Counted from the whole stretch's first letter, positions 44,852-57,200 are shown. The stretch is 62,808 nt of DNA, filler included, from Globobulimina sp. (GCA_003354225.1; 15 parts of 15 records of this genome joined end to end with filler, not necessarily neighbours in it); one strand, 5' to 3'. Notes: generated by a model not told the origin, from the letters alone. Translations and numbers: made by a program.

Positions 44852-46054
44852 ATGAAGTTAAGTTGATCCAGCATTAATTATAAAATATTTCGGTGTAGTT
44901 TTAACTCAGAACTGTATCAAAATTTGAAAGAATCTCTGAAGAAAGCAAACAATGAAAATGCAAATGCAAATGACATTGAAATGAAGGCAGAAGAAGAGGA
45001 TGTATATGAATGTGATTACGACCTATCATTTTATTCAAAACTTTCGCATCTCAAACAAGTCATTATTGCTTTATTTGACAAGTATAATTTGAAATATTGC
45101 GCATCAAAATCCGTAGAATTTGCAATATCTCAATGCAAAGATGAATATCTGTGCATTTCAGCGAGTCAAATGCAAAAAATAAATGAATTGGAAAGCTATA
45201 AAATGAAAATGGAAAATGAGGCAAAACGACAAAACGGAAACATTCAAAATGAACTGCGGCTTGAAAAGGAAAAGTATGAAATGCAAATAAAAGAATTAAG
45301 AAACAAACAGGAAAAATCAATGAAAAAAATGGTGAAAAAAACGCAAGAAAATACAAAAGAGGAATTACAAAAAGAATTTGCTGAAACAGTTAAAAACAGA
45401 GCACGCAAAGCAATGTCACAGATTAGAGACCAACAACAAAAAACAATCAAATCATTGCAAAAGAAAAGCAATCAAATGCAAAGTTAAAATGTATAGCAAT
45501 TTAATTGATATTCCGATGCATTGTTATGTTGAAACAATATGCAAACAAACAGACGAGATTCAACAATTAAAAAGCGAGAAAAACCTAATTGAAACAAAGA
45601 AGGAGTTAGAGATTGAACAGTACAGATCGCAAATAAGTGATTTGAAGCAAGGATATTCTGCGGATAAATATAACTTCGATCTGATACTGAAAGAGTGCCA
45701 AAATGAGTTAAATGCGCTGAGAGCACAAAATAAAGAAATTCGAGTTGAAAATAGGGAGAAAACAAAGAAAAAGCAGACATATATGGAACAGTTACAAAGT
45801 GAGTTGGAAAGAAAAAATGAGGAATTCAATATATTGAAATGTCGGTTAAGAGAAGAAATGGAGGCATTGGACATTAACATGAATCTCATTGAAAAGGAAC
45901 ATGAGTCCAAGATGTCAATGAAAGAGGAGGAGCATGAAAAGTTAATGGAAGAATGTCAAACCAGAATGCAAGTTGTGTTGGAAAAGAAAAATGCACAAAA
46001 TCACAGATTGAAGAGGTTGCTGGAAAAGACTGTCACTGAGTATGAAAGGGAGAA
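44852..46054 (+). CDS. Coiled-coil protein (3 exons, 3'-truncated)
   Basis: Introns at 44857-44898 and 45483-45552 link ATG 44852, ORF 44924 and ORF 45378 in frame. E/K/Q-rich heptads. Confidence 0.7.
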
Positions 46055-46224
46055 NNNNNNNNNNNNNNNNNNNNNNNNNNNNNNNNNNNNNNNNNNNNTT
46101 AATTAATTAANNNNNNNNNNNNNNNNNNNNNNNNNNNNNNNNNNNNNNNNNNNNCGATCTGCCATGATGCAAAAAAACAAAGCGAAAAAAAAACGTAGCA
46201 CAATTGTTTATTAGCAAATTTGCA

Positions 46225-47610
46225 ATGGCGATGAAAACGCTATTGTTGTTATTTGTAATGGGGGATATTGTAATTAAGGGTGATTTAATAGGGTTGCAAG
46301 AAAGTGATGATATTTATCTAGTCGTCTGTAATGAGACAATGCCATGTTCGGGGGAGCGGGTTACAGATTGTGTGCATGTGGATAAAAATTGTGTGATTGA
46401 CTGCACAAATGGTGGGGATGCAATATGTAGAGATGCAGAGTTTAAATGTAATCCGCATACAGATTGTACATTACTTTGTGATTCCACAGGCTCACTCGGC
46501 GCATGTTTTGGTACAATATTAAATGCGTCATTCTCGAATAATATTTCAGTCAATATACAGTGTTTAAATTCACGTTCCTGTGAATATATGATTATTGACC
46601 TGTATTTAAGTGAGGATATTGATTTAAATGTAACCATAAAAGATGTGACAAAGTCGCAAGATCCACAGTACATTTTCAAACACAGTGCGATATATTTGCC
46701 ATTGACTGGTAATGCGTTGCTTAAATGCATCGGTTACTCGTCATGTGAGTCAGTAAATATATATGGAAATACATCGCAAATATCATATTTAGACATTGCA
46801 TGTGTCGGAAACCATTCATTTAAGGATTCATATTTATCACTTCCATCATCAACAAATATAAATATATTATGCAATGATACTGAAAGTTGTTTTGATGCAA
46901 CATTTGATGGGACCTTTACTGGAATGAATAGTAACATCAATATTATTTGTTTTGGGGACAATGCCTGTTCAAATACCACAATTATAAGCAATGAAGAAAG
47001 TGAATCATTGCAAATTGCAGCAATTGGTGGTGGAAAAAACATATTGTCGAATTCCAATATATTTTGTAAAATTGATAATATTGTGCTGGAATGCCACGAT
47101 TGTAATAATCAGTCTGTTGGACCAATATTACATTGTGGTAATGATGAAAATAGCAATCATGAATTATGCAGGTTGATATTTGAAAATAATAATGAAAAGA
47201 ATCATAAATGGCAGTGTTTGGATAATGAAATGATAGCTTGTTATGAAGATGATATGATTGACAGTGATAATAATAATAATATTGAAACGCGTTTAGTGCA
47301 TAATGTTAAAGGTCAAATTGTATTAACAAGTATTATTTTGATATTATTAGCTTTGTGCATTGCTGTTTGTATTGTAAAAAAAGAACCAATTAAAGAATGG
47401 ATTGGACATCGTTTTGAAACAAATGAGAATGATGATTTACATGGTCTGGATATTGGTGTTTTTGATGATTCTGTTATGAGAATCCCAGATTATAACATTG
47501 CAAATAATTTTTTTAATAAAAATAAATATGAATCATTGGAGCAATCCTATTCTATAAATGATGAAGACAGTGAATTAATTATCAGTGATGATATAACTGA
47601 TCAGCAATAA
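46225..47610 (+). CDS. Cys-rich repeat type I membrane protein
   Basis: Signal peptide, CxIxC..C and IxCxGxxSC repeats like those in 26629-29280, TM IVLTSIILILLALCIAVCIV. Confidence 0.7.
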   Translation: MAMKTLLLLFVMGDIVIKGDLIGLQESDDIYLVVCNETMPCSGERVTDCVHVDKNCVIDCTNGGDAICRDAEFKCNPHTDCTLLCDSTGSLGACFGTILNASFSNNISVNIQCLNSRSCEYMIIDLYLSEDIDLNVTIKDVTKSQDPQYIFKHSAIYLPLTGNALLKCIGYSSCESVNIYGNTSQISYLDIACVGNHSFKDSYLSLPSSTNINILCNDTESCFDATFDGTFTGMNSNINIICFGDNACSNTTIISNEESESLQIAAIGGGKNILSNSNIFCKIDNIVLECHDCNNQSVGPILHCGNDENSNHELCRLIFENNNEKNHKWQCLDNEMIACYEDDMIDSDNNNNIETRLVHNVKGQIVLTSIILILLALCIAVCIVKKEPIKEWIGHRFETNENDDLHGLDIGVFDDSVMRIPDYNIANNFFNKNKYESLEQSYSINDEDSELIISDDITDQQ

Positions 47611-47928
47611 CGTTAATTCATCGGTCATTTCATTTGTGTTTTATTTTATATGTTTTTATTTTATATCACAAAATTGATGGTTTTCTTGTATTTTTTCTTC
47701 TTTTTTATTTCTATTTTTTTTAGTAACCAGCTGTTTTTACTCTAAGCCAGCATTAAAGTCCGGCTCCATAGAATTTTTGCTTTTAGTTCATTCCATCAAT
47801 GAACTTTTGTAATTTATCTGTAAATTAATAGTTAGTGAGTATGGCGATCAACCATATTAAAGTCTATCTCCTTGAGTTTGCGGTTATAAATTTGAAGTGC
47901 CGAACATTTCCAAAATTTCCAGTTGAGG

Positions 47929-49995
47929 ATGGCAACGTTTCTGTTTATTACTTGGATTTTCATTTCCAATGCTTATGGTCAGGGTCGGGTCTTGCAACAA
48001 ATCGGACGTGTCTATATCCCAAATGCTGGTATTGGAGGAGCAGAAAATGTAGCTTTAGCACCAACAGTAAACAGAGTGTTTGCGGCAGATGGCGCACAAA
48101 TTGCTCTTACAGTGTTATCCTTGCAATTGGATATTGAGAATTCGACGGATGTTTGGAATTTGCAATTTGAAGACACAATTTTATTTGACACCATTTTTGA
48201 CGATGCCGGAATAGTAAATGTGAATGCATCCGATGTTACATCTGTGGAGTACTCAAAAGCAAGAGATTTAATTATAGCAGCAATTGTACCTCAAAACTAT
48301 GCAGAGCAGAGTGGATTTGCTGCATTTATTGATCCACACACATTTGCCATATTTACTTTGATGGAATTAACAGACTGTTTTTTACCCGATCATATTTTGG
48401 CGATTGACGATGGGTTTTTTATTGTTATATCATGTGAAGGAGAAGCAAATGACAATGAAATTGGAAATCCTTTGTTTAATCCACCAGGATCTGTCACATT
48501 AATTAATATTACTAATAATAACGAGGCTGAATGGGAGATGATAAATGTTGGATTTACTGAGTTTGATGAAGGAGGAAGTAAACAACATTTAGTTCCAAAT
48601 GATATCTATTTACCATATATGGATAAACCATTAAGTGTTAATGTTGAACCAGGTATGATATGGATACAATATATACTGTATTATAATAAATATAATTTAC
48701 TTTTTAACAGAATATTCAACGTGTTCTAAAGATCTTAAATATTGTTTTATATCATTACAAGAAGCGAATGCCATCGCAGTGTTGGATGTTAAATTAGCAG
48801 AAATTGTTTCTATTCATAGTTTAGGTACAAATGATTTCAGTGAAACTGGATTGGATGCGTCAGATCGAGATAACATGATTAATATAGCTATTTATCCTAA
48901 TTTATATGGACTTAGGTACAGTATTCCGTTTTTATATATTTTAAAATGAACGTTTCTATCTAAATAACAGACGTTTTATGTCATATTATTTGTTTTTGTT
49001 ACGTTTCTAAATAAATGAAAAGATCACCAGATGCTATCAGTTATTTTGTGAGTTCTGGAGGCAATGAATATATATTTACAGCGAATGAAGGTGATTCAAA
49101 AACATTTGATGAATCGCGTGTTGGTGATTTAATATTAGATAATGATTCATTTAATTCTGCGGATATTAATGTTACTTATTTGCAGTCTGATGAACAATTG
49201 GGGCGATTAAAAGTAATTAACCAACTCGGAAACGATAAATTTAATGCAAATGGTACATTTACTGAATTATATGCATTTTCATCAAGAGATTTTACTGCAT
49301 TTAAAATAAAACGATATAATGATACTGATCGCGATAATGCGATTGGAATGGAATTAGTATTTTCGAGCGATAATGATTTTGAACAATACACAGCAAATAT
49401 ATTAGGAGAAAATGGATTTAATAGTAACCATAATAATCCATCATTTGATGAAAGATCTGACGACAAAGGACCTGAACCAGAAGGTATTGCAACTGCGACA
49501 TGTAACAATGGTAAATCTTTTGCATTTATCACAATGGAACAAGTGAGCGGTATTTTTGTTTATGATATTACGGATATTGACGATGGTAAAGTATTATATG
49601 TTGAATATATCAATAATCGTAATTTTAGTGTGGAATTTGCTGAGAATAGCAGACCACCAGAAAATGCTGGTGATATTGGATCAGAACAAGTGAAATTTAT
49701 TAATTCCGATGTTTTGGGAGTACCATTATTAATGGTTTGCTACACAGAAAGTTCTTCTGTTACAATGTATAAAATTGATTGCGATTACAATGCAGAATCA
49801 GATGATGATGATTTGACACCAATGCAACTAATTGGTATTATTATTGGATCTGTTCTTGGTGTAATACTATTAATTGCTTTTGTGGTATATTGTTGTTGTA
49901 AACGTAGACAAAACTATCCAAATTATGCAGGATCTGCTATGTCTAAATTAATTCCCAATGATAAGCATCATTATAATGCAACTGATGATGAATAA
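47929..49995 (+). CDS. MSP130 / choice-of-anchor I (alkaline-phosphatase-associated) surface protein with C-terminal TM (3 exons)
   Basis: Signal peptide; CEGE..NPPGSV, VEPEY, LQEANAIA, LDASDRD, PDAI, TANEGD, LGRLKV, DERSDDKGPEPEG. Introns at 48653-48710 and 48916-49022. Confidence 0.8.
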
Positions 49996-50343
49996 GGTGT
50001 AACAACATAGAACTGTGTTTTTTTGTAAATATTGTGCTTGATTTTTTTTCGATAACCAAGATTTAATTTAATTATCAGATGAAACTAGCTAAAATAAATC
50101 TTTTTTGTCACACAAGATTAGAAAGTCCGAATAGTTGCTATATGACTAACACCGCACTGTTCGAACTTTCTAATCCTGTAAGGACAAAAGATTTATTTAT
50201 TATGTTTTCCATTTTTGCTGATTTTTGTACTAATGTCCGAGTGNNNNNNNNNNNNNNNNNNNNNNNNNNNNNNNNNNNNNNNNNNNNTTAATTAATTAAN
50301 NNNNNNNNNNNNNNNNNNNNNNNNNNNNNNNNNNNNNNNNNNN

Positions 50344-50958
50344 TTTGATATATTTCATGATCGGAATATTGATGTAATGACAGATATGGAGGAAGCTATG
50401 CGTATTGCAGTTAAAAATAAATGGGGAAATTGCAAGCTACATATTTGTTTTTTCCATTATGTTCAAGCAATATTTACTAATTTAGGTAAGAAAGGTTTAT
50501 TTAGTGTGTATCTGAGCGATGGAAAGGATAATGATTATGATTTTTATGCATTTGGTCGATGTTATATGTGCTTAGCATTAATCCATCCCGCTGTTGTTAT
50601 TCGAGGATGGAATTTATTGTATGACAATGTAGAGAAATCTACGCCGAGTGATTATCAATCGCGAATGTGGAAATTTGTGCGATATCATCGTGATTTTTAT
50701 ATGAAAAATTTTGAATTTATCAAGGCATGGAATGTGTATCGATTATTGATTAGAACATCAAATAGTTTGGAATGCAGAAATTTTGTAAATAATAGACGAT
50801 TTGGAGCTCATCCTAAATGGTTTACTTGGTGTTTAAAAACAATGGAAATGTTTGCGAATGGTTATAATGATTATATTGCATGGAAAAATAGTGGTGTTAC
50901 GCATAGACGTGGACGGCGAGAGGTATTTAAGAATCGGAGATTGGATGCTTTGTGGTAA
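50344..50958 (+). mobile_element. MULE (Mutator-like) DDE transposase fragment
   Basis: VMTDMEEAMRIAV...ICFFHYVQAI (D and CxxH motifs)...WNVY...RTSNSLE (catalytic E region). The 5' end is cut by the contig edge. Confidence 0.75.
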
Positions 50959-51378
50959 AATTAATTACGTGGATCCAATTAAGATTAATAAATCCTAATA
51001 CTCCCAATAAATTCAATCCTCTTAATGCTGTCTTTCCTCAACTCCACAGCACTTCACCTAATCCACCGTTTTTAGAATGAAATCTTGTGGGAATGGATAG
51101 CATTTGCGCAAAAAAGAAATCTTGTGGGAATTTTAATTTATCTCAAATGCAAACTGTAATTGCATTCCGCAAAATTCGTGCCAATTGACATTAGGATTAA
51201 ATCTTAATTTTAAAGTTTTTGGGAAGAAGTGAAAGTCTTACTTTTGGTGCGCAATGTTTCGTTGAAATGAGGATTTAATCCTAAAACATCAAAAATGCGG
51301 CTGCTGGCTGCTAGTAAAGAAAAGATATTGCATGTAGTGGCAATCTCAAAATCAAGAAACTCTTAAAAATAATATTAA

Positions 51379-52242
51379 CTACAAATTATTGAAAGATACA
51401 ACAGGTTTTATCATTTTAACATCATCAGGATTTACATACGAATCATAGAAAATGATATCCCAAATTTGAAAAACCGTTCCGAAATTTTTATTGTCTAACT
51501 TGTGATGTGCATGATGATATCTCGCTGTCGTTATACCAAAATTTGATAAATATTCAAACCATGCAAATTGATATTCACTGTGTGTCATTATTAATATCAC
51601 ATGATAGAATAAAGTTGAAATCATTATTGATACGTAATTCACCGAATTTCTGAACAAAATAAAATAAATTGCAAGACCAACACTCAAACTAATTCCAACT
51701 ATAAAAAAGGCATCATGTGCTGATTGATCATAAGCATTGAATATTGTCAAAGGTGCTTGGTGATGCTGGTGATGAGGGTCACGTTGTGACCGTGTTGTAT
51801 GATGATGTTCCCAATAATGACGCAAAGTGATGAAAAAATCTTGAAAAATTACTATTCCAATTGAATGAAATAATATCGTTATAATACTCATATTTGGCCA
51901 TGGATTCATAAAATCGTTAACAAATTCTTCCTCTGTAAATAATAAATTTACACAAACAAAATAACAGATAAATTGCGTGGTTCCGATAATAATATTAGTG
52001 GTATTATCTGCCCACATTGTTTTAACAAACTTTTTAATAAATTGAGATACATTTTTATTTTCTTCCTTGTTGATGTTGTTTGGTTTCCTTTGAACATACT
52101 CAAAATTAATGATCTCTGTTGGTAGAAAATGCAGCAAATAAACAGATAGTCTTGCAATAAGTACAGGAATGAAGATACTCCATATAAATGAGTTTAATTG
52201 AATTACGTAGATGTTTGTCCAGAATGATTCTGAGGTTGTCAT
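51379..52242 (-). CDS. Fatty acid hydroxylase / sterol desaturase superfamily membrane enzyme
   Basis: His boxes HYWEHH, HHQHH, HS and HHAHH followed by NFG...WD; several TM helices. Confidence 0.85.
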   Translation of the reverse strand: MTTSESFWTNIYVIQLNSFIWSIFIPVLIARLSVYLLHFLPTEIINFEYVQRKPNNINKEENKNVSQFIKKFVKTMWADNTTNIIIGTTQFICYFVCVNLLFTEEEFVNDFMNPWPNMSIITILFHSIGIVIFQDFFITLRHYWEHHHTTRSQRDPHHQHHQAPLTIFNAYDQSAHDAFFIVGISLSVGLAIYFILFRNSVNYVSIMISTLFYHVILIMTHSEYQFAWFEYLSNFGITTARYHHAHHKLDNKNFGTVFQIWDIIFYDSYVNPDDVKMIKPVVSFNNL

Positions 52243-52761
52243 AGTTATTTCTGTGTGTTCTGTTTTTGTTTTGATGATGTGCTAAGATTTTCGGAATTGA
52301 TCCTTGAACTTGCTTGTATGAATATTTCAAAGCTTTCTGTCTCTCAAAGTTTACTTGATTTACGGTTAAATGTGCGTTCAAAAAGTGAATAATTGATTGT
52401 CGGTTAACCAAATTTAGCAATTATGAATAAATACTTAAATTTGAATTTGATTTTCAGCTGCTTCCTTGGATTTCTTACTATGTGTTGTAATGTAAGCCAT
52501 CGAGGTCTTTGAATAAATGTTTGAATTAGTTCTTCCAAATCACTATTAGCCCTCCTTCGGTCGGTCGCTTCGCTTGCTTGAAAATTGGTTTAGCAAAGTA
52601 GTTTTTATTCTGTAGTCATCAAGTATCAACCTAGACAGGACCACATCACTTGAGATCATGCTTTCGTCATTTTCTTTTGTGATTTAAATGCATCAAATAG
52701 ACACATCTAAACGTAATCAAGAGGCAGCGCCATTCTGAAACGATAACATAACGTATTTCAT

Positions 52762-53142
52762 ATGTTTCAAAATCAGAAATTGATGGAATATTATCGGATA
52801 TTTCGGTCAGCGGAAATTCTATCTCCTCTTTCAATATTGAAAGAAATAAGGAATAAAAAACAAATTGTAATATTTCAACACTGTGTTGACTTCCTAAACA
52901 TATCAGAATGTCAAAATAAAGAAAACCACGTGTTAAATTTTTTATTTAATATGATCATGGACACATATGCAAAAATATACAAAAACAATAAAAAAGCATT
53001 ACAAAATAATCAATCACAAAAAGAAAAGGAAACACACCAGAAACTATATCAATCATTTTTTGTTTCGTTGGAAGGAAAATATGTTAATAATAAAATGTTA
53101 ATGGTTCCCGATGAAACACAACCTTTAAGAATTCAATTTTGA
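52762..53142 (+). CDS. Hypothetical protein
   Basis: 126-aa ORF with protein-like composition only; no motif recognised. Confidence 0.25.
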   Translation: MFQNQKLMEYYRIFRSAEILSPLSILKEIRNKKQIVIFQHCVDFLNISECQNKENHVLNFLFNMIMDTYAKIYKNNKKALQNNQSQKEKETHQKLYQSFFVSLEGKYVNNKMLMVPDETQPLRIQF

Positions 53143-53464
53143 CTTTCAACGTTTTTATTTTGAATAATCTGTAAAAAACTGTAAATTCAAAGAGTTTACA
53201 GTGAAAAGCAAAAAGTTAAATGTTACCTTTAACATTTTATTATCAACCTATTTTCCTTCCGTTTCGTTTCTTTTTCGTTTGATCGCCTCAGGATTTGAAC
53301 CTGAATCTGGATATATCCATTCATTTCAGTGCTCTTCTCGAGCTAAGCGACATCTAAAATATATTACGATGAGACACAAGTATAGCGACGATTGGTGTGA
53401 TAAAACATAATTATCAGTTGGTTTGAGGGGGTTGCAAATTGATCAGGTTCATATGATCCACGGA

Positions 53465-53862
53465 AAATTAGGTTGTTTTTTTTGATTTTTTTGGTGCTTT
53501 TTTTTGAGAATTAGGTTGTTATTTTTCATTTTATTTTTTCCATTTTGAGAATTAGGTTGTTATTAAAATCATTCTAGATTATTACCAATTCTAACTATTT
53601 TTAAAAACTTTAATCATACTTCCTATCATGGCTTCACAGGTACGTCTTCTGTATGAATTTATTTTGGCGGTTTAATTCAACCGTACATGATACAAAACAT
53701 ACACGAGCACCATCACCACGATTCGCCACGTTTCCCAAACAATCCCACAATCAACAATTCGCAAAACAATCAACCAACGATTAACAATTTATAACATCAA
53801 CGTTGTACAATTAACAATATCAACAATTGTAATTGTACAATTAACAATAATTCATCAATTAA
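53465..53862. repeat. Low-complexity local repeats (AATTAGGTTGTT x3; ACAATTAACAAT-type repeats)
   Basis: aattaggttgtt near 53466, 53509 and 53550; tgtacaattaacaata twice near 53804 and 53834. Confidence 0.6.
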
Positions 53863-54597
53863 AAACTGTGCCCAATTGCTAATTGTTAGCAACATACACA
53901 CTGACACACACCGCCTGGCTCAATGTCTTTTGACTCTCTTTGGTATGATACTGCTCAGTTTCATGGCGTAGTGCTAACTCGCTGTACTGCACTCTTTTGA
54001 GGTAGTGGCTCGACGTCGTGTTTTGAGTCAGTTATTGTCAGCGAGTGATTTATAATTAGTTGATTGTGGTCAGTCAATATGTCGTCCGCCTTCAGCTATT
54101 TCCGATACTTTTTGATAATATCCACAAATCCCATGCAAATATTTAAAAATGGAGTGGTTTGTGGCATGAACCAAATATCTGCGCATAAAATATTGTACAA
54201 AGTCCCCGACAACCCACAAATTCTAAAATTATGCGGCCAACGCAGGGAAATCTTGAAAAAATATATCGAAACAACTATATATCACATCACATCACAAGGA
54301 ATTGCTATTGAGAAATGCAAAGTGTTTGGACATTATTAAATATTTTATTTACCTTTAAAATCGACATCATCTCTGTCAATACATTTTAATTTCGGTTACA
54401 TCCAAGGAGAGCACACTTAATTTACACAGCAANNNNNNNNNNNNNNNNNNNNNNNNNNNNNNNNNNNNNNNNNNNNTTAATTAATTAANNNNNNNNNNNN
54501 NNNNNNNNNNNNNNNNNNNNNNNNNNNNNNNNACAATTAATGACACCTAGCTCCTAGGTATCAATTCTAATTACGTAATACTAGAACATTCGATCCC

Positions 54598-55404
54598 TTA
54601 TATATCAAACCCTTCTGAATATTCGTAGACGATTTGAGAAAATAAAAAATTAATATTTTTATTATTTTTAGCACTTGTTTCAATATACGGCATTCTCCAT
54701 TCCTTTGCTTTTTCGACAATTTCACCACGATCAAGACAGTCTGAGTCAGTGTCCCTTAAATCACATTTTGTAGCCACTAAAACAAATCGACGTTTACATT
54801 TATCGTCACGTGATCTCATTAACTTCTCTCGTAATACAAATATTTCATTCCAACTTCGTCTATTATTGATTGCAAAACATAACACAAAAAATTGTCTATC
54901 TCGAGCTAGGCCATTGGGGCCTAGCATTGCGTCGAATTCTTCCTGGCCGGCAGTGTCCAATATATCCAATGAATAGTTTTCTCCATTTATCTCTATTTGT
55001 TTCCGATAACTATCCACTATGGTTGGCAGCTCATATTCTTGCACAAATTCACCACTTACAAACCTAAGGGTTAACGATGATTTGCCGACATAACCTGAGC
55101 CATGTACAGATATTCTCAATTCTGGTATCCATGAATAATCATATTTTTTAGGCGGCTCATCATTCTCACATTTATCAACCACTGCCATTGTGCAATATGA
55201 TACATAATCATCGTTTGTCGCAAGTGATATCATTTCAACAATATCACCTTTTTGTGCGTTATGAATTGATAGGTATTCCATGATGATATTAGCAATATAT
55301 TCTGCCTGATATGTCTTTAAAGCATTGTACAGTGCAATCTTAGTTATATCACGATATGCATATCTGTTGGTGTTTGTTTTCTTTTTCGACAATGTGCAAC
55401 CCAT
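54598..55404 (-). CDS. Ras/Rap-like small GTPase with N-terminal acylation extension and no CAAX
   Basis: G1 GSGYVGKS, effector loop YELPTIVDSY, G3 DTAGQEE, G4 TKCD, G5 ETSAK. Starts MGCTLSK and ends YSEGFDI. Confidence 0.85.
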   Translation of the reverse strand: MGCTLSKKKTNTNRYAYRDITKIALYNALKTYQAEYIANIIMEYLSIHNAQKGDIVEMISLATNDDYVSYCTMAVVDKCENDEPPKKYDYSWIPELRISVHGSGYVGKSSLTLRFVSGEFVQEYELPTIVDSYRKQIEINGENYSLDILDTAGQEEFDAMLGPNGLARDRQFFVLCFAINNRRSWNEIFVLREKLMRSRDDKCKRRFVLVATKCDLRDTDSDCLDRGEIVEKAKEWRMPYIETSAKNNKNINFLFSQIVYEYSEGFDI

Positions 55405-55579
55405 CCTGATGATAAGTATGCAACCCTTCCCCCCTGGTCGATATTTTGTATATGTTTTTTTGCAAACCCAATGCAAACTTTATAGTATAGGGGTGGGGTG
55501 GAGGTCATTCTGTATATTGACAAGATATAATTTCTGTAGCAAGTGGTTTTGTAGTATATAACAATGTAAATCATTAAAC

Positions 55580-57143
55580 TCATACAATAATCGGATCAAT
55601 CATGTCTTTTTTGACTCTTTTCTGTGTATATAATGGTTCATCACCATCTGAGTCATGTGATGTTGTCTCATCTTTCAAATATATACAATTTGCCTGAACA
55701 GTTTTGAGCCATAATTTTAATTCCTGTTTATTTAAACATGCAAAACGAAATTTCTTTTCAGCATTTTCAATTTCAAACACAAAATCGGGCTGCGATCTCA
55801 TTATATCGTATTGTCCAATAAAGACCTCTCTGACACCGCGAATATTTCCTATATTTATGGTCCCTTTTTTTTTATCTGTTTTTGTAGTTAAATAATAATC
55901 GATTTTATAATTTTTTTTGATTACAACCCATCTCTTTTTCCAATTTCTAAATTCCATTTTTTTCAATAACCAGCCTTGCATAATTATGTCGCCGTGCGCC
56001 ACCTCGAAAAAATGTTTTATTTTTTCTATCATTTCTTGCCAATCAATATATGTGTTTTTCCTCTTTCTTTTATTTATTTTCTCATTTACGATATGTCGTT
56101 GTACCCAGCTCTCGGAAGTGGCAATTATTTTTAATTTATTTCCCTCAATCAATTGAATATCTGCAATCTCCTCCAATTCTTCTTGCAAATCTGCCAAAGT
56201 CTCTGCGTTTTGTAATTGCGTCCATTCCAACTTGGTCAGTGTCATTAATATGGAATATTTGTTATTGTTATATGAAGAGGAATCTAATGAAGATTTTGAA
56301 TTCTTGACCATTGCCTTTTGTATGGCAGCAATCCACGATTTGCGTGCATTTTCAGTGTCTGCGGCAAATACAAATTCTCTGTTTGGTACTTTGAAGGTAA
56401 ACCTTATATATATTAATAAGTAATTAATTATTTGTTTTTATAACAGAAACATACACAAATTGTTTATTAAAATATGTGTGTTCAGTCTCAACGGATAAGA
56501 ATTTGGCTGTCGATAAATCAATTTCGTGCAATAATCTTTGTTTTGTGTCATAATATCTTAAATATCCATCAGTGGTCAATATAAATAATCGTTTTTTCCA
56601 TGATTTACGAACTTTTCCTTGTTTGGTTAAATAACCATCTTTCAATACTTTTCCATATTTGCAGGCTGTTCTTGTTGTATTTGTATTATTATTATTATTA
56701 TTATTTTGCTTTTTTCTTTTTTGATAATCATCGAGTATTTTTTGTGAATTTGGTATAATGAGTTTAATATATCCGGTATTTAGGGCATAAAACATATCTT
56801 CAATTCTTGTCATTTGATTATTTGTTTTAGTTAATATTGATTTAATATCATTTGATTTTGTGGGTGTTATCGACTTTGATTCGTAATAAGTTTTAAATGT
56901 ATTGCGTAGTGTTGAAATTCGATATTGATATTTATGGATTTCAGATTGAAGGCTCGATAAATATTCTTTATTTATTGTTACTGATGTCGGGGTTTCACGA
57001 TTTGATTCATTTATATTTTTAAATTTACTATCACGAATATTTAATAATGTTTCTCCAATATCAATATTTATTGATAATTTTGTCAATTCTGTTTCTAATC
57101 GAAACGATAATTCACTCATTGTAACACGCTCTTTTTGTGTCAT
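55580..57143 (-). CDS. Tandem PH-domain protein (2 exons)
   Basis: KDGYLTKQGKVRKSWKKRLF and MQGWLLKK...WKKRWV. A 52-nt intron at 56403-56454 restores FVFAADTENARKSWIAAI. Confidence 0.85.
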
Positions 57144-57200
57144 CTTCTTATAGCTAGGTTTCCTAAATAGTTACAAAATAGTTACGCGTATTAAAAAAAG

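Noticed and set aside
53630-54432. Possible gene or RNA in the distal part of contig 13 (ORF 54064-54339)
   Set aside because: No consistent frame, splice model or motif could be supported.
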